Positions 21,134 through 32,211 are shown, counted from the stretch's first letter. The stretch is DNA of 64,000 nucleotides from an uncultured Verrucomicrobiae bacterium (GCA_963815455.1 CAWFGO010000001.1:256001-320000), one strand, 5' to 3'. The notes: generated from the sequence alone by a model not told the origin. A program made the numbers and translations.

Positions 21134-21272
21134 AGCGTTTCGCTCAATCGCTCCAGAAACGGAACATGCGCTGAGTTGATTTTCTGTCGCCGAAAAAATG
21201 CGGAACAAAATATGAGTCGCAATTGCCAATATATGCCAAGCGGGCCGCTGACTGCGATTCGAGGTTTCAAAC

Positions 21273-22375
21273 ATGAAGACCATGCTTGCAGTTTTGGCCG
21301 TCGCTCTCGGTTTTGGTTTTGCGGAAACAAAAGCGCAGAGCGTTCTGTTCGATTTTGATAACGCGCCGCTGCACACCTCTCTGCCGGTCGATCTGACCGT
21401 GGGCGGAATCACGGCACATTTCAGCGGGAACCCGGGTTACTATAATTACTCGATCCAGCGTGCCGACGCTCTCGGGTTTACCCCGCCGGGTTTTTCCGGT
21501 TACTGCATCTATCCCAACACGATTTATCCCTGCGACCTGTTGATCTCGTTCAATCGGCAATTGACGGCTGCGTCCATTCTCTATTCGCCAGAAGAGTATG
21601 ATACCGATTCATCGTGCCGGATGAGGATCACCGCCTACTGGGAACGACGTTCGTCGCCAGCAACACTTACACGATCAATCCGCCGGGAACGTGGCCCAGC
21701 GGAACATTGTCGATCACGACCACACAGCCATTCGATAATGTGGTGATTCATTATGATGCCCCACCACCCACGGGCGGTGATTACGGCCCGATATTCATGG
21801 CCGACAATCTTCTGGTCACGCCGGTTGCTGGGCCTGTGCCGGTCAGCGCAGCGTCCCGAAAGGCACACGGCGGCGCCGGCAATTTCGACTTTTCCATGCC
21901 GCTTAGCGGCACGCCCGGGATTGAATCCCGCAGCGGCGGTCCCACGAACGATTATGAATTGATCGTGAACTTCGAGAGCGCTTTAACCGTTACTGGAACA
22001 CCGCAGGTGCAGATCACCTCAGGAACGGCCGATATCGGAACAGCCGGTGTGCCCAACGGCGGCATCGTCGGCGTCAGCGGAACTACGGTGAGCGTACCCT
22101 TCACCAACGTAGCCAATGCTCAGACCATCGAAGTCACGCTGCTGGGAGTAACGGTCGGTTCAGCCACAGGAAATGTCGCAGTCCAAATGTCGATCCTGGT
22201 CGGCGATGTGAATGCCAATGGCTCTGTGAATGCGTCCGATGTCGCTGCGACAAAGTCGTATCTCGGGCAACCACTCGACGTGGCGAATTGCCGGGGCGAC
22301 GTGAATGCCAATGGCAGCATCAACGCCAGCGACGTGGCTCTCGCCAAGTCCAGCATCGGCACGGCATTGCCCTGA
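21273..22375 (+). CDS. Secreted protein with C-terminal dockerin-like module (one frameshift near 21640, probably a sequencing error)
   Basis: ORFs 21273..21746 and 21614..22375 join as ...ITAY/LGTTFVAS.... Signal peptide present. C-terminal 'SRKAHGGAGNFD...GDVNANGSVNASDV...GDVNANGSINASDV'. Confidence 0.75.
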
Positions 22376-22424
22376 TTGCGACCGCGTCTACTTCGTAGCC
22401 GGTCTAGTGACGTACGTGTCGGGC

Positions 22425-22547
22425 AAAGGTGGATCGGCTTCTCCGAAGACGATGTTAGTCCGACGCCATCGGCGCACATAAAATATATTTGGCGCCCGTG
22501 GCGCATCAGTTTTTACCAACGCGTTGAGGACAACGCGTTCCACCTTT
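22425..22547. repeat. Palindromic element AAAGGTGGA...TCCACCTTT overlapping the NUDIX 3' end
   Basis: Same ends as 14115-14225. Supplies the last codons of the NUDIX ORF. Confidence 0.65.
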
Positions 22548-23013
22548 CGCGCAGTCGTTCCAGAAACGGAATCTGCGCGCTATTGATTTTCTCACGCGCA
22601 ACTTCTTCCCCGAAAAATTCTGCGCGATCGACTTCGGGAAATTGCTTCTTGTTACCCGAGCGCGGCGGCCATTCCATTTCGAATAAGTTTGATTTCAATT
22701 CGAACGGGTCCGGCAAATCGCCTTCGAACGCCCAGGCATGAACGGTCTTGCCACCTTTTTGTTTGATCGAGCCGAGTTCAATCAATTCTGCGCCAGGCTT
22801 GGTCCCCAGTTCCTCTTCGAATTCAATTTGCGCACGCGCCAGTAAATCTTCCCCGGATATGACTTCGCCTTTGGGAATGCTCCATGCGCCCTCATCCTTC
22901 TTCGCCCAGAACGGGCCACCCGGATGCACCAGCAACATTTCCAAAGCGCCGCTCTTGCGGCGAAACATCAGCAAACCCGCGCTCACCCGACTGGACTTTG
23001 GAATTTCGGGCAT
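22513..23013 (-). CDS. NUDIX-family hydrolase
   Basis: 'VHPGGPFW..KDEGAWSIPKGE...EFEEELG' and 'FPEVDRAEFF'. Confidence 0.9.
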   Translation of the reverse strand: MPEIPKSSRVSAGLLMFRRKSGALEMLLVHPGGPFWAKKDEGAWSIPKGEVISGEDLLARAQIEFEEELGTKPGAELIELGSIKQKGGKTVHAWAFEGDLPDPFELKSNLFEMEWPPRSGNKKQFPEVDRAEFFGEEVAREKINSAQIPFLERLRERWNALSSTRW

Positions 23014-23069
23014 GAGAATTCTCTCGGCAGGCGACACGCCTACCGCCCACAGGCAGGATGCCTGTGCTA

Positions 23070-23507
23070 CTACGGGCCGTAGCTCTTGGTGAATTTCTTT
23101 TTCGATTCCGTTTCGGATTCGGTCGAAGCAATTGGTGGCGATGGCTCCGAACTTGGCGCCGGTGGCGGCTCTTGTTCCGGCACGGATTGTTCTGCTGGCG
23201 GTGGCTGCGCACCGCCTTTCGACATTTGCTGCGCCACTTCCACATATGCCATTTGCAGATTCGAAATCGCGTTACGCAGCACCGTCGCCTCTTCGCCGGT
23301 CAGATTCCCGCGCGTTTTTTCCTGAATCATATCGAGCTGATCGATGAACATCTTGGCCAGATCGAGGTTCACTTCGCCCTGGCCCGTTTTGGGATTTGGA
23401 ATCTGACCCAAAAAAAGCGCGGCGTTTTGAGCGTGCATCATGACGAACTCGACGAAGCGCTGCGACATCTCGCCCATTGTTTGTCCTGTTTTTTGTACTT
23501 CAGCCAT
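23070..23507 (-). CDS. DUF1844-like protein
   Basis: 'LGQIPNPKTG...NLDLAKMFIDQLDMIQEKTRGNL..EE'. Confidence 0.8.
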   Translation of the reverse strand: MAEVQKTGQTMGEMSQRFVEFVMMHAQNAALFLGQIPNPKTGQGEVNLDLAKMFIDQLDMIQEKTRGNLTGEEATVLRNAISNLQMAYVEVAQQMSKGGAQPPPAEQSVPEQEPPPAPSSEPSPPIASTESETESKKKFTKSYGP

Positions 23508-23592
23508 ATAAAAAAGTGATCAGTGACGAGTGATAAATGATGCGCCTTAATAGCACGGCTCGGCTATCTCGTCACTCGTCACACATCACACG

Positions 23593-26252
23593 TCACTTCT
23601 TTTCCGGCCTGCCCGCCGCAGGCTCGCCGGAGGCGGGTGGTCGCACGGTCGCCAAAACATACGGTTGATCGCGAAAATATTTCGCGGCTACGCGTTTAAT
23701 GTCATCCATGCTCACGGCGTTCACCTCCTGCTCGAGCGATTTGTAATGATCGAAACCGAGGCCGTAAAGCTCATCCAGCGCACACTGGTAACCAAATGAA
23801 TCGTTGCTTTGGTTCGCAATCTGTTGCTGGCCGATCAGTTTCTTCTTGGCCCGAACAAGTTCCACATCGGTCAGGCCGTCGCTGGCCAGTTTGTGGATTT
23901 CATCCAGCAATGCCGTTTTGACCGGCTCGATCTTGGCCGGATCGGTCCCAAGGTAAAACGCGAACAGTCCAGGCACCAGCCCTTGCATCTGGCTGGCGCC
24001 AACAAAATACGCCAGCCCCATTTCTTCCCGGATGCGGATAAAAAAGCGCGAGCCGAGATCGCTGCTCGCTTCATCGATCAATTCGAGCGCGTTCCGATCC
24101 GGGCTAAACATGTCCACCCCGCGATAACCGACCATGATCACGCCCTGGGCTTTGTCTTTGAGGCTTTGAACGGTTTCCGTCTTGGTTAACGGCGGCGACG
24201 GGCTGGCGTCGGTGAGAGCCAGGCTGCCCGGCTTCATTTTGCCGAACAATTGTTCGAAAAGCTGTTTCACTTCCGCTGCCTTCACGTCGCCGAACACTGA
24301 AATGACGCCGTTCCTGGACACGACAAACCGATCGCGAAAATTTAGCAGGTCCTTCGCCGTCAATTTTTGAACGGAGTCGACCGTGCCGTTTCCACGGAGC
24401 GCGTAGGGATGATGAGTGAAGAGCGCCGCCCGCAGGATATTGCGCGCTACGGAAGTGAGTTTCTCTTCCTCTTCCTTGATCCCGGCGATTTGCACCTCTT
24501 TTTCCCTCGCGACCGCCTTCTCCGGCATTATCGCGTTTAACAAAACATCCGCGAGAATATCGGCGCCGAGTTTCAGATCGGGCTTGGTCACGTGCATTGA
24601 AACGCTGAACGAATTATTGCCCGCATCGCTGCCGATCGCTCCGCCGACCGCCTCGATTTGTTCCGCGATTTGCTCGGCTGTGCGCGTCTTGGTGCCTTTG
24701 AGCAGCGTCTTCGCCATCAAACGCGTGATGCCATTATCTTTCGCGGTTTCCGCCAGCAATCCTCCTCGAAACACCGCCGTCATCGAAACGAGCGGCAGCC
24801 GCGCATCTTCGCGCACCAGGACCCGCAGCCCGTTGGAAAGCTCAAACTTTTTGATCTCGCCCGCGGCAACGGGTTTCACCGCTTCTTCCTTTCCGGCGAG
24901 CGATCCTTTCGGATTCAACGAAGCAATCGTCAGGTTATCGTTGACGAGATATTTCGCGGCGACCCGCCGAATATCGTCGAGAGTCACTTTCTGCACCGCG
25001 TCGAGATATTCACGGCTGAAATTCAGGTTTCGAGTCAGGAGCCAGTTCGAGCCGAGATCGCTGGCCTGGCCGCGCATGGTCGTTAGCGCATCCAGATGAT
25101 GACTCAGCGCAATCTTCTTCGCTTTCGCGAGTTCGTCGGCCGTGGCTCCGGCCTTCTTCACTTCATCGACAACCTCCAGGATCAACTGTTGCGCGGGCTC
25201 GCGTTTTTTTGGATCGACAGTCGCTTCGATCCCGAGCAGGCCAGGATCGCCTGGCGTGTAGGAAAATGCCGAGACACCGAAGGCCAGGCCAGTCTCCTCC
25301 CGCACCCGCCGATAGAGACGCGAGCTGCGTCCCTCGCCCAGAATGGTAGAAAGAAGATCGATCGCCGGAACGTCGGGATGCGTGAGCTCGGGAATGTGCC
25401 AGACCAGCGAAAGCCGGGTCAGTTCGGTCGCGAATTCGTTATGAACCTCGCGCCGGCCGAGCTGGGGCGGTTCGGCCGGGATAAAAACCGGCTTGAGCGA
25501 TTTGGCCGGATAATTCTTGAAGAACTCGGCGAGCTGTTGATGGATTTTTTCCGCATCGACATCGCCCACCACGATAAAGGTCAAGATTGTTCGGGACGTA
25601 GCGCGTCTTGTAATACTGCATCACCTGCTCTTGCCTGAGCTGGTTATAAACTTCCAACTCCCCGATGACCGGCAGACGATACGGATGTTTTTGATAGGCG
25701 GTGGCGAACATGAGTTGGCCGACCATCCGGTCCGGATCGTCGAACCCCATGGCAAATTCGCGCCGGATCACTTCCTGTTCCTTGGCGTACTCGTTCCGCT
25801 GGCAACGTCGAGTTCATCATCGCGTCCGCCAAAATGTCGAGCGCGGTGCCGACGCCATCCTTGGGCACGTCGATCCAAAAAACGGTACGATCGAACGACG
25901 TGTAGGCGTTGATGTAACCGCCGACATCCTGGACCTTTTGCGCAATCGCATTCTTCGGTCTTGTCTTGGTGCCTTTAAAGAGCATGTGCTCGAGGATGTG
26001 CGAGAGACCCGCACCTAATCGTTCGTCTTCGTCGATGCTTCCGGTGGCGCACCAAGCCTGGACACTGGCCACCGGCGCGCTGCGATCTTCCTGCACGATC
26101 AGGGTAAGCCCGTCCGGTAAAACCCATTTTTGCGCGGTGCTCGCCGGAACAGCAATGACCGCTGAATCATCCTTGCGCGAGGCGGCGTTCAAATTCGAAG
26201 TGCTAAACATAATCGCGACGACCAGCGCCACACTCGGCGCGAATCGGCTCAT
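23593..26252 (-). CDS. M16 family zinc peptidase (pitrilysin-like), with two apparent frameshifts near 25585 and 25795
   Basis: HXXEH motif 'HILEH', 'INAYTSFDRT' and 'YVPNN'. Three overlapping ORFs (25644..26252, 25439..25771, 23593..25584) form one collinear protein. Confidence 0.85.
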
Positions 26253-26683
26253 ATCGATTTCGGCGCCGGCAAACTCGGAGCCGGCTTCGACTCAACGGCC
26301 TTCTCCGGCGCGAACGGCTTCACGAACGCTTCCTCAAAATCGTAGATGTTCTTGAAATCCTCGATCGAATCCTGTTCGGTCTTTCCGAAAATTCCGGCGG
26401 CGATCAGATTAAAAACCATGTGCCCGATGTCTTCGGTGCATTGGATTCCCCAGTGACCGAACACAGTCGTGACCAGCGGCCCGAATTCCTTAAGCGCGTA
26501 CTGACGCACGCCATCGAGCAGCTCCGGCCCGCTAACATGGCGCACGGTTGCTCCCTTGACCTTCTTTTGTTGCTTGGTGGCGAAATCGAGCGCGTCGCGC
26601 AGGAAGACATAAGCGTCGCGATCGTAACGTCGATCGCTCGCCACGATCGAGTCGAGGGCTTCGGCAAATCCAATTTTCTGCAT
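26249..26683 (-). CDS. Conserved Planctomycetes/Verrucomicrobia-type hypothetical protein
   Basis: 'RYDRDAYVFLRDAL...RHVSGPELL..FGPL...WGI..TEDIG..VFNL...DS.EDF'. Confidence 0.75.
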   Translation of the reverse strand: MQKIGFAEALDSIVASDRRYDRDAYVFLRDALDFATKQQKKVKGATVRHVSGPELLDGVRQYALKEFGPLVTTVFGHWGIQCTEDIGHMVFNLIAAGIFGKTEQDSIEDFKNIYDFEEAFVKPFAPEKAVESKPAPSLPAPKSI

Positions 26684-26797
26684 GAATAGAAAACGCGCGT
26701 TTTCGGCGCGCCCACCATGATAATGGGCAACTGCGCGATGAGCAACTGCCGGGAACCGGGATCATCGATCCCGGCTACAAATGGGGAAGATCGACAA

Positions 26798-27157
26798 CTA
26801 TTTGTCCGACCAAACCGCGAACTCGCTTCCGCCCGGCTCGCGAAAATGGAAACGGCGTCCACCGGGGAATTCGAAGATTTCCTTTGTGATCGCTCCGCCA
26901 AGATCGCCAACCTTCGTCCGCGTCTTTTCCAGTTCGGGTTGATAGAAAACAATGAGCGGAGCGCCCGCATCCACCCCCGCGGTTTTTTCTGATGCGAAAA
27001 ACCCGCCGGCCATCCGGCCATCATCAAACGAAGCGTAATCGGGCCCATATTCTGTAAACGTCCAGCCAAAAAGCGCGGCGAAGAACTTCTTTGTCGCCGC
27101 GAGATCGCGGGATGGAACCTCGACGTAATCGATCGTGTTCGGCAATGATTCGTGCAT
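26798..27157 (-). CDS. VOC/glyoxalase family protein
   Basis: 'IDYVEVPSRDLAATKKFF..LFGWTFTEYGPDY' and 'FPGGRRFHFREPGG'. Confidence 0.88.
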   Translation of the reverse strand: MHESLPNTIDYVEVPSRDLAATKKFFAALFGWTFTEYGPDYASFDDGRMAGGFFASEKTAGVDAGAPLIVFYQPELEKTRTKVGDLGGAITKEIFEFPGGRRFHFREPGGSEFAVWSDK

Positions 27158-27375
27158 TCGCAGTAAGATCGACAATTAGACCTGTTCTTCGAGGGGCGTC
27201 CAGATAAACCAAAGGCGGATCGTGCCTTGAGCGACTAGCAGCAACCGGGATCACCGATCCCGGCTACAGCCGTGCAATAAGGGTGAGATTTGGCCCGTGT
27301 TATGCACCACACCATCTGCCCGCCCACTTGCCCGATGAAATTTTCTTGGTTAACTGCGGCTCTCGCTATCATCGC

Positions 27376-29928
27376 ATGCCGACCTTCCAAATATATAATG
27401 TGACTCCGACCCTCCCGGCGGCTCTCGAGCCGCTGCGGGAGATGAGTTTCAATCTCTGGTGGACCTGGGAGCCTTCCGCTCGCCGCCTTTTTCGCCATCT
27501 CGACCCCGATCTGTGGAACGGCTCCAATCATAATCCGGTCCGAATGCTGCAACTTTCACGGCAATCGCGGCTGGAGGAGCTTTCGCAGGACAAAGTATTT
27601 CTGCGCGATCTGAAGGAAGTTTACGACGCCTTCAAGAGATACCTCGAACGCGCGGACACTTACGGAAAAACCGGCAAGGGCAACGCCATCACAAAACCGG
27701 TCGCCTATTTTTCGGCGGAGTTTGGTTTTCACGAATCGATCCCGAATTATTCCGGTGGCCTCGGCATTCTGGCCGGCGATCACTGCAAATCGGCCAGCGA
27801 TCTCGATCTTAATTTCGTCGCCATGGGCCTGTTGTATCGGCACGGATACTTTAAACAGCAGATCGACAAGGACGGCGTCCAGGAAGCGATCAGTCTCAAT
27901 CAAAACTTTCATCATCTGCCGATCCGCGAGATGCGCCACGGCGATGCCAATTTGCTCGTCTCGGTAAAAATTTTGGACCGCGAAGTTTTCGCCAAGGTCT
28001 GGCAGCTCCAGGTCGGCCGGGTGAGCCTTTACCTGCTCGATACCGATATCCCGGAGAACAGCGCCGAGGACCGTCTCATCACGGCCGAACTTTACGGCGG
28101 GGATCTCGAGATGCGGATGCGCCAGGAAATCGTGCTCGGCATCGGCGGGGTAAAAGCGCTCAGTGCGCTCGGGATCGACGCGGAAGTATTTCACATGAAC
28201 GAGGGCCACTCGGCCTTTCTGGCGCTGGAACGTATTCGCCTCAACGTAGTCGAGAAGAAACTCGATTTTTATTCCGCGCTGCAAGTTGTCGCGGCGGCCA
28301 ATATTTTCACCACCCACACGCCGGTGCCCGCGGGCAACGATTCCTTCTCGCGCGACATGATGAAGAGATATTTCGGCGGGTTCGCGAAAGAATTGCAAAT
28401 CCCGTTCGACGAGCTGTTCCGCTTTGGCCAATCGAGTGTCGATCCGGCCGACGCATTCAGCATGACGATCCTGGCGCTGCGGATGAGCCGGCACGCCAAC
28501 GGCGTGAGCCGATTACACGGCGAAGTGAGCCGGTCGCTCTGGAAAGATGTTTGGGCCGGCGTGCCGATGCACGAGGTGCCGATCACCAGCATCACCAACG
28601 GAATTCACACCAAAACCTGGATGGCGCCGGAGTTTTCCGCTCTTTATCGGAAACATCTGGGCGATTGGGAGGAACATCTGACCCAGCCGGAATTTTGGCG
28701 CGGGGTCATCGACATTCCCGACACCCAGCTTTGGGAGACACATCAGAGGTTGAAATTGCGGCTGGTGGAATTTGTCCGCGAACGCGTGCGGCTCCGGCGG
28801 GAACGGCTGGGTGAATCGCCCGAGGTCATTCGCAAGGTAAACCGGATTCTCGATCCGGAAATTTTGACGATCGGATTTGCGCGACGTTTCGTGACCTACA
28901 AACGCGGCGCGCTTTTGTTCAGCGACAAGGAACGGCTGCAGCGTTTGCTCAACGATACGACCCGGCCGGTGCAATTTATCTTCGCCGGCAAAGCGCACCC
29001 GCGCGACGAGGGCGGTAAGGGATTAATCCAGGAAGTTTACCGGTTCAGCCGCGAAGCGGGCTTCGAAAACCGAATCGTTTTCCTGGAGGACTACGATAGT
29101 TACATCGCACGGCGGCTCGTCCAGGGTGTCGATCTTTGGTTGAATCATCCGCTGCGTCCGATGGAAGCGAGCGGTACCAGCGGGATGAAATGCGCGCCGA
29201 ACGCGGGAATCAATCTCAGCGTGCTCGACGGTTGGTGGCGCGAAATTTTTAACGGCAACAACGGCTGGGCCATTGGCGCCGAGGTCGATAACGGCACGGT
29301 CGAGTTCCAAAACGAAGTGGACGCGAGCAGCCTTTATCAGTTGCTCGAGAACCAGATTATCCCGCTCTATTACGCCAAGCCCGATGGGAAATTGCCGCTG
29401 GCCTGGCTGCAATTGATGCGGGAATCGATCCGCAGCATTACCCCGGTCTTTAATACCCATCGCATGGTGAAGGAATACGCCGAGCGGCTTTATATGTCGG
29501 CGGCGAAATCTCACGAAGATTTTTCGCGCGACAACTGCGCGGCGGCGGCCCAACTGAGCCAATGGAAGACGCAGATGAGAAAGGATTGGCCGCAGGTCCG
29601 GGTCTACGATGTGCAGGTCGCGAATCAGGATCGACAAAACATTCCGGTAGGCGAATCGCTGCAGTTGAGCGCGCACGTCCATCTCGGCGCGGTTGATCCG
29701 CAACACGTGCGGGTGGAAGCTTATCACGGCGAGGCGGACAACGGCGGGATCAAGAACCCGAGCGTCACCATCTTGAGCGAAAGCAACCGGAACGGCGACG
29801 GCAGTTACATTTATCGCGGGGTTGTCCCCGCGGCCGAAAGCGGCGCCTACGGATTCAGCGTTCGTGTCGTGCCGACCCATCCGCACCTGATGCAAACGCA
29901 CGAGCTGCGTTTGATCAGCTGGTCGTAG
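27376..29928 (+). CDS. glgP: Alpha-glucan (glycogen/starch) phosphorylase
   Basis: 'YFSAEFG', 'YSGGLGILAGD', 'HMNEGH' and PLP-binding 'EASGTSGMK'. Confidence 0.95.
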   Translation: MPTFQIYNVTPTLPAALEPLREMSFNLWWTWEPSARRLFRHLDPDLWNGSNHNPVRMLQLSRQSRLEELSQDKVFLRDLKEVYDAFKRYLERADTYGKTGKGNAITKPVAYFSAEFGFHESIPNYSGGLGILAGDHCKSASDLDLNFVAMGLLYRHGYFKQQIDKDGVQEAISLNQNFHHLPIREMRHGDANLLVSVKILDREVFAKVWQLQVGRVSLYLLDTDIPENSAEDRLITAELYGGDLEMRMRQEIVLGIGGVKALSALGIDAEVFHMNEGHSAFLALERIRLNVVEKKLDFYSALQVVAAANIFTTHTPVPAGNDSFSRDMMKRYFGGFAKELQIPFDELFRFGQSSVDPADAFSMTILALRMSRHANGVSRLHGEVSRSLWKDVWAGVPMHEVPITSITNGIHTKTWMAPEFSALYRKHLGDWEEHLTQPEFWRGVIDIPDTQLWETHQRLKLRLVEFVRERVRLRRERLGESPEVIRKVNRILDPEILTIGFARRFVTYKRGALLFSDKERLQRLLNDTTRPVQFIFAGKAHPRDEGGKGLIQEVYRFSREAGFENRIVFLEDYDSYIARRLVQGVDLWLNHPLRPMEASGTSGMKCAPNAGINLSVLDGWWREIFNGNNGWAIGAEVDNGTVEFQNEVDASSLYQLLENQIIPLYYAKPDGKLPLAWLQLMRESIRSITPVFNTHRMVKEYAERLYMSAAKSHEDFSRDNCAAAAQLSQWKTQMRKDWPQVRVYDVQVANQDRQNIPVGESLQLSAHVHLGAVDPQHVRVEAYHGEADNGGIKNPSVTILSESNRNGDGSYIYRGVVPAAESGAYGFSVRVVPTHPHLMQTHELRLISWS

Positions 29929-30080
29929 TGAAGAGGAACCGCGGATCCTCCTACGCCAAGGCTACGGCGTGACAGGTTACGCGGATACAACGGATACGAT
30001 TCCGGAGGGACGTGCTTCCGCACGTCCGGACTCGCCCCGCCGAGTTTCTCCTTCATGCTCACCCATCAACTTTCTTACCG

Positions 30081-30299
30081 CTAGCGAGAGGACTCTCGAA
30101 CGAATCGTTCCACAGGAACACCAAGCCAATCGACCACGGCCAGCATACCGTCGACTTCCATCCGGCCGTCGGTCTGCGTGCGTGAGATCGTAGCCGTGCT
30201 GACCCCGATTTGAGCGGCGACGTCGCGCCACGACAAATCGCGGGCCTTACGCCGTGCATCGAGGGCGTCGTAGAGAGCCTTGGAATCGAATCGCTTCAT
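30081..30299 (-). CDS. Small XRE-like HTH protein (distal end of the cassette array)
   Basis: 'LSWRDVAAQIGVSTATISR' helix-turn-helix. Start overlaps the hydrolase stop. Confidence 0.7.
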   Translation of the reverse strand: MKRFDSKALYDALDARRKARDLSWRDVAAQIGVSTATISRTQTDGRMEVDGMLAVVDWLGVPVERFVRESSR

Positions 30300-31240
30300 C
30301 TTTCTTGCGTGCCGGCTCGGCCTTCGAGGAGAAATTCTCTGATCTTGGCGGCAACCTGGTCGGCTGTGTCTCCAAGAAACACGTAATGTTTTGCATCGTT
30401 TAGCTCCACGATTTCGCCGTGCGGAATCTCACGGCGGAATTGTTCAACACTTGTGCGCATCAGCGCGTGACCTTTCGCTTGCCACCACGCTTCTGCTTTG
30501 GCACGAACATCTGCGTTGGCGCCCTCGGGCAACCAGTGTGACGGGTAATGCGGGTTTGCCGTAACGGCATAGAATGCGAGTGCCGGTGCTTGAATCTTCG
30601 TGTAGTCCTGGCGGAAAGCGAAGACTGCCTTGTGTGTAGCGACAAGAATCGCCCATTCATCGGGTGGCGGCATCTTGTCCACCTTAATGTCTGACGCTCC
30701 CGGCATCCCAAGAGCTTCCATTCGCATTCGCTGCGTCATGCCGGGCTTGTTCGTCGGATCGCTTAATCCGGCGATCCAACCTTCGGGCGTGCGGTCGTAA
30801 GCAGCATCAAGGTAGACTACTTTGATGACCCTCAGTGGATATCTGGTGGCGAAGAGCGTTAGTTCATCCCCAGCCATTGAATGTCCAATAAGAGTCACCT
30901 TGGGGATGCGAAGCGTATCCAAAACCTGACGGATATCTTCGACGCGCGTAGCCGCGTCGTAGCCATCTTTGGGCTTGTCTGATTCCCCGACGCCTCGGCG
31001 AGTCAGACCGATGACATGGAATCGATCGGTAAATCGCGGAGCGAATTGGTCGTAAACGTGAGCGCTGTCGTTGAAGCCTGGCAGGAATAGAATTGTGTCA
31101 CCCGAGCCGCCCCAGTCTACATAGTGGAGTTTAATGCCGTTTGCGCGGACGAAGCCGTCTTTCGGTGGCACCGGCGAAGCTGCTACCAGCGATTGGCACA
31201 CGGCAACGATCGCAAGAATTGAGGCAGTAGATTTCACCAC
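30296..31240 (-). CDS. Secreted alpha/beta hydrolase (cassette gene)
   Basis: Nucleophile elbow 'GHSMAG' and 'LHYVDWGG'. Probable GTG start just downstream of the attC R' site at 31255-31261. Confidence 0.85.
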   Translation of the reverse strand: MVKSTASILAIVAVCQSLVAASPVPPKDGFVRANGIKLHYVDWGGSGDTILFLPGFNDSAHVYDQFAPRFTDRFHVIGLTRRGVGESDKPKDGYDAATRVEDIRQVLDTLRIPKVTLIGHSMAGDELTLFATRYPLRVIKVVYLDAAYDRTPEGWIAGLSDPTNKPGMTQRMRMEALGMPGASDIKVDKMPPPDEWAILVATHKAVFAFRQDYTKIQAPALAFYAVTANPHYPSHWLPEGANADVRAKAEAWWQAKGHALMRTSVEQFRREIPHGEIVELNDAKHYVFLGDTADQVAAKIREFLLEGRAGTQER

Positions 31241-31254
31241 GTGGAGCTCGCTAG

Positions 31255-31354
31255 ACCTAACGATACAGAGATGAGTCATGTTGTCGCGCGGAGCGTGCGA
31301 ACGAAAGCCTAGCGAAAGCACACTGCCTGTCACAGTTGAGACTTTTGGTTAGCG
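31255..31354 (-). repeat. Degenerate attC site
   Basis: Minus strand reads CGCTAAC...GACTCATCTCTGTATC GTTAGGT, about 100 bp. The right end resembles the other attC sites. Confidence 0.55.
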
Positions 31355-31488
31355 GGAGCAGCGACGGGCCAGAGGCGGAGTGGTTCTATTCAAAAGTTGC
31401 TTCCGGTTAGGCTTGACAACTCCTATAAATTCTGCTGAAACGTATGCGTGTTCGGACTCAACCTCAACCTCGGATTTGGAGTTTTTCA

Positions 31489-32211
31489 ATGAAAAGAAAT
31501 ATATTCGCTGCACTTCTGCTGATAATCAGCCTTGTTGTCATTCGAGATGCTTCCGCAAATCTGCTTGTGAATGGAGACTTTGAAGTTCCCGTACAGGTAG
31601 CTCCGATTTACGCGACGTTCAATATCCCCGCTGGCAACCCATACATTACCGGCTGGACTATCGTTCAGGGAAATGTCGATCTTACGACCACCGCGAACTA
31701 CGGGGCGGGGCCGAACGATCTCGACCCCAGTAGCGTGCAAGACGTCGACCTGATCGGTGATATTTTCGCTCCTCCAGGCGGAGCCGGAGGGCTGTCGCAA
31801 TCATTCGCAACAGTCTTTGGCCAACAGTATCAACTGACGTTCCATTATTCACAAAATAACGGGTCGTTCTCGCCCGTCTATGCCGCCCAGGTGACACTGG
31901 CCGACGGACATAATTCCGCTAACACCACTCTCTCCTACGTAGTATCGGAACCCTACGTCGGCAGTTCTCAATTCGGCCTACCTATTTGGGAACTCAGCTC
32001 GCAGATTTTCACCGCAAACTCCGACTTAACGCTGCTGTCGTTTATCAACACGCTGGGCGGCAGCCAAGGGGGTATCTATCTTGACAATGTTTCCGTAACT
32101 CCAGTGGGTCCGAGCGTCCCCGATTCCGGCTCCACTTTGGCAATGATGCTTCTCGGCCTCTTCGGTCTCGGCTTCCTCGCTCATCGCTGGCGCAACCCCC
32201 TTTGCGCGTAG
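31489..32211 (+). CDS. Secreted DUF642-like protein with VPDSG-type (PEP-CTERM-like) C-terminal sorting signal
   Basis: Signal peptide, 'NLLVNGDFE', 'LDNVSV', and C-terminal 'VPDSGSTLAMMLLGLFGLGFLAHRWR'. Confidence 0.85.
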   Translation: MKRNIFAALLLIISLVVIRDASANLLVNGDFEVPVQVAPIYATFNIPAGNPYITGWTIVQGNVDLTTTANYGAGPNDLDPSSVQDVDLIGDIFAPPGGAGGLSQSFATVFGQQYQLTFHYSQNNGSFSPVYAAQVTLADGHNSANTTLSYVVSEPYVGSSQFGLPIWELSSQIFTANSDLTLLSFINTLGGSQGGIYLDNVSVTPVGPSVPDSGSTLAMMLLGLFGLGFLAHRWRNPLCA

